A stretch of DNA of 64,000 nucleotides from Balanoglossus misakiensis (Eukaryota > Animalia > Hemichordata). Of the stretch, positions 62,782 through 64,000 are shown piece after piece. Position 1 is the first letter of the stretch, and each line of letters starts with the position of its first letter. The stretch is from contig CM082588.2 in the NCBI GenBank assembly GCA_040954595.2, positions 9,222,844 through 9,286,843 of the forward strand, given 5' to 3'. The notes under the pieces are model-generated. The model was not told the origin of the DNA, ran no database searches, and was given only the letters and a program-made list of their open reading frames with translations. A program made the position numbers and the translations under genes.

Positions 62782-63056
62782 AGGGACAAAGTCTCTCTCT
62801 GGCTGCCCTGTTTTCCATTAATTATGTTTGATACAATACACCGTTTATGTTAATGTTCATGTTTATATGTAGTGAATGAACGTTCAGCTACATACAACTT
62901 CCATCCTGCTTGTATGATTTGAAGTAAAAACTCGCCAAGAATGAACAAATGGTAGAAATTATTCATTTGGGTGAGTATTTTTAGAATAACATGAACAGTG
63001 TCTTGTATCAAGCATAATTAATGGAAATAGGGTAGCGAGAGAGAGACTTTGTCCCT
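62782..63056. mobile_element. Family B TTAA element copy in an IRAK1BP1 intron
   Basis: TTAA|agggacaaagtctctctct ... gagagagagactttgtccct. Confidence 0.82.
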
Positions 63057-64000
63057 TAGGGAAGTTGAAGGACACCTCTCCACAAGGGATGTGCGATCGG
63101 TAAAATTGAAAACATTGTCATTTCCTTTACTTGTGTATATTGGGATTCTCTTTTGTATTTATAATGAAAAATAAAATAATAAAATAAAGGGGTCATCGCA
63201 CTTGTTTTCAAAATACATCCCATTTAGGACAAGTTGTCTCAGTGTTTTCTCCAGTACGTGCGATCGCGCGATTCCCCCTCTTTTACACTTGAAGCGCCCC
63301 TTGTAACAAGTTCAGGGGGCGACAATCGCCCTTTCATGAGCAGCCCACCCGGCCAGTACATGCGCGTCCAAGCCTCCGTAGCATGCACCGTCAGTCAAAA
63401 CACTGGGAAAACGGCCGATATTACTGCGTGCTGGCCTATACATTTTAACTTCCCACCCCCCAAAACTATGTTGTAGATGACTTTCACATTCATTTACGTG
63501 TAATTTAGCTCCAGGGCTATAGTGTGCAATTGTTGGCACAGCCTATCTGGATACGGTCTAAATTTAGAGCACATGCTCTGCACTCAAGTGAACTTGTTGT
63601 TATGGCGACTTTTGAAATTGGGTTGGCAGGTAACAATTTTATGCAAATTAAAGAAACTGCCTTCATGCCATGACGATTATCAAGAATGTATCAGTTTTCC
63701 ATGACCTTGATTTCTTACTTAGGAAGGAAAGTCATTCAATATGTACAGAGACTGTTTATTTGAGCAGTGTGCCTAGCCACAGATGGGGAAGTGTAGGCAG
63801 AAATCTGAAGAAATGTATAACTCTTCAATTTATTTAACTATTAATGGTTTCACAATCTAATATTTTGGCAGCTAAACAAGAATTTTTTTTCTCAGGTATA
63901 GAATTAAAGAAAGACACTATTGTTTTAGCAGTTGCATTTATTTTATTCATTTAACTCTACTTGCCAGGGGAGCAGTTAATCAGTCACTCTCCTACCACTT

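Overview
Intron-rich animal genomic DNA, probably a marine invertebrate deuterostome (inferred from gene content and repeat style). It is not prokaryotic, and I found no CRISPR array, rRNA or tRNA. Bases 201-48019 (+) hold 49 exons of a 5'-incomplete giant type I membrane protein of Uninflatable (Uif)/SVEP1-like architecture: LDLa, 3 CUB, Sushi, EGF, HYR, GCC/Ephrin-receptor-like, pentraxin/LamG, TM and a cytoplasmic tail. By manual splicing the exons stay in one frame, about 7,200 codons in the window. The most unusual feature is a 12.9-kb exon of 72-bp (24-aa) Thr/Ser-rich mucin repeats. It is inserted, together with an RKRR furin-type site, inside one Sushi/CCP domain between Cys3 and Trp/Cys4. 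At the right end a two-exon TRIM-NHL gene (-) and IRAK1BP1/SIMPL (+, incomplete) sit head-to-head with about 200 bp between start codons. Introns and intergenic DNA carry many non-autonomous DNA transposons, some nested, including a 1.3-kb Kolobok derivative that keeps the 5' ends of both its THAP-transposase and KolX genes. All exon boundaries and family assignments were made by eye and need RNA-seq and database confirmation.
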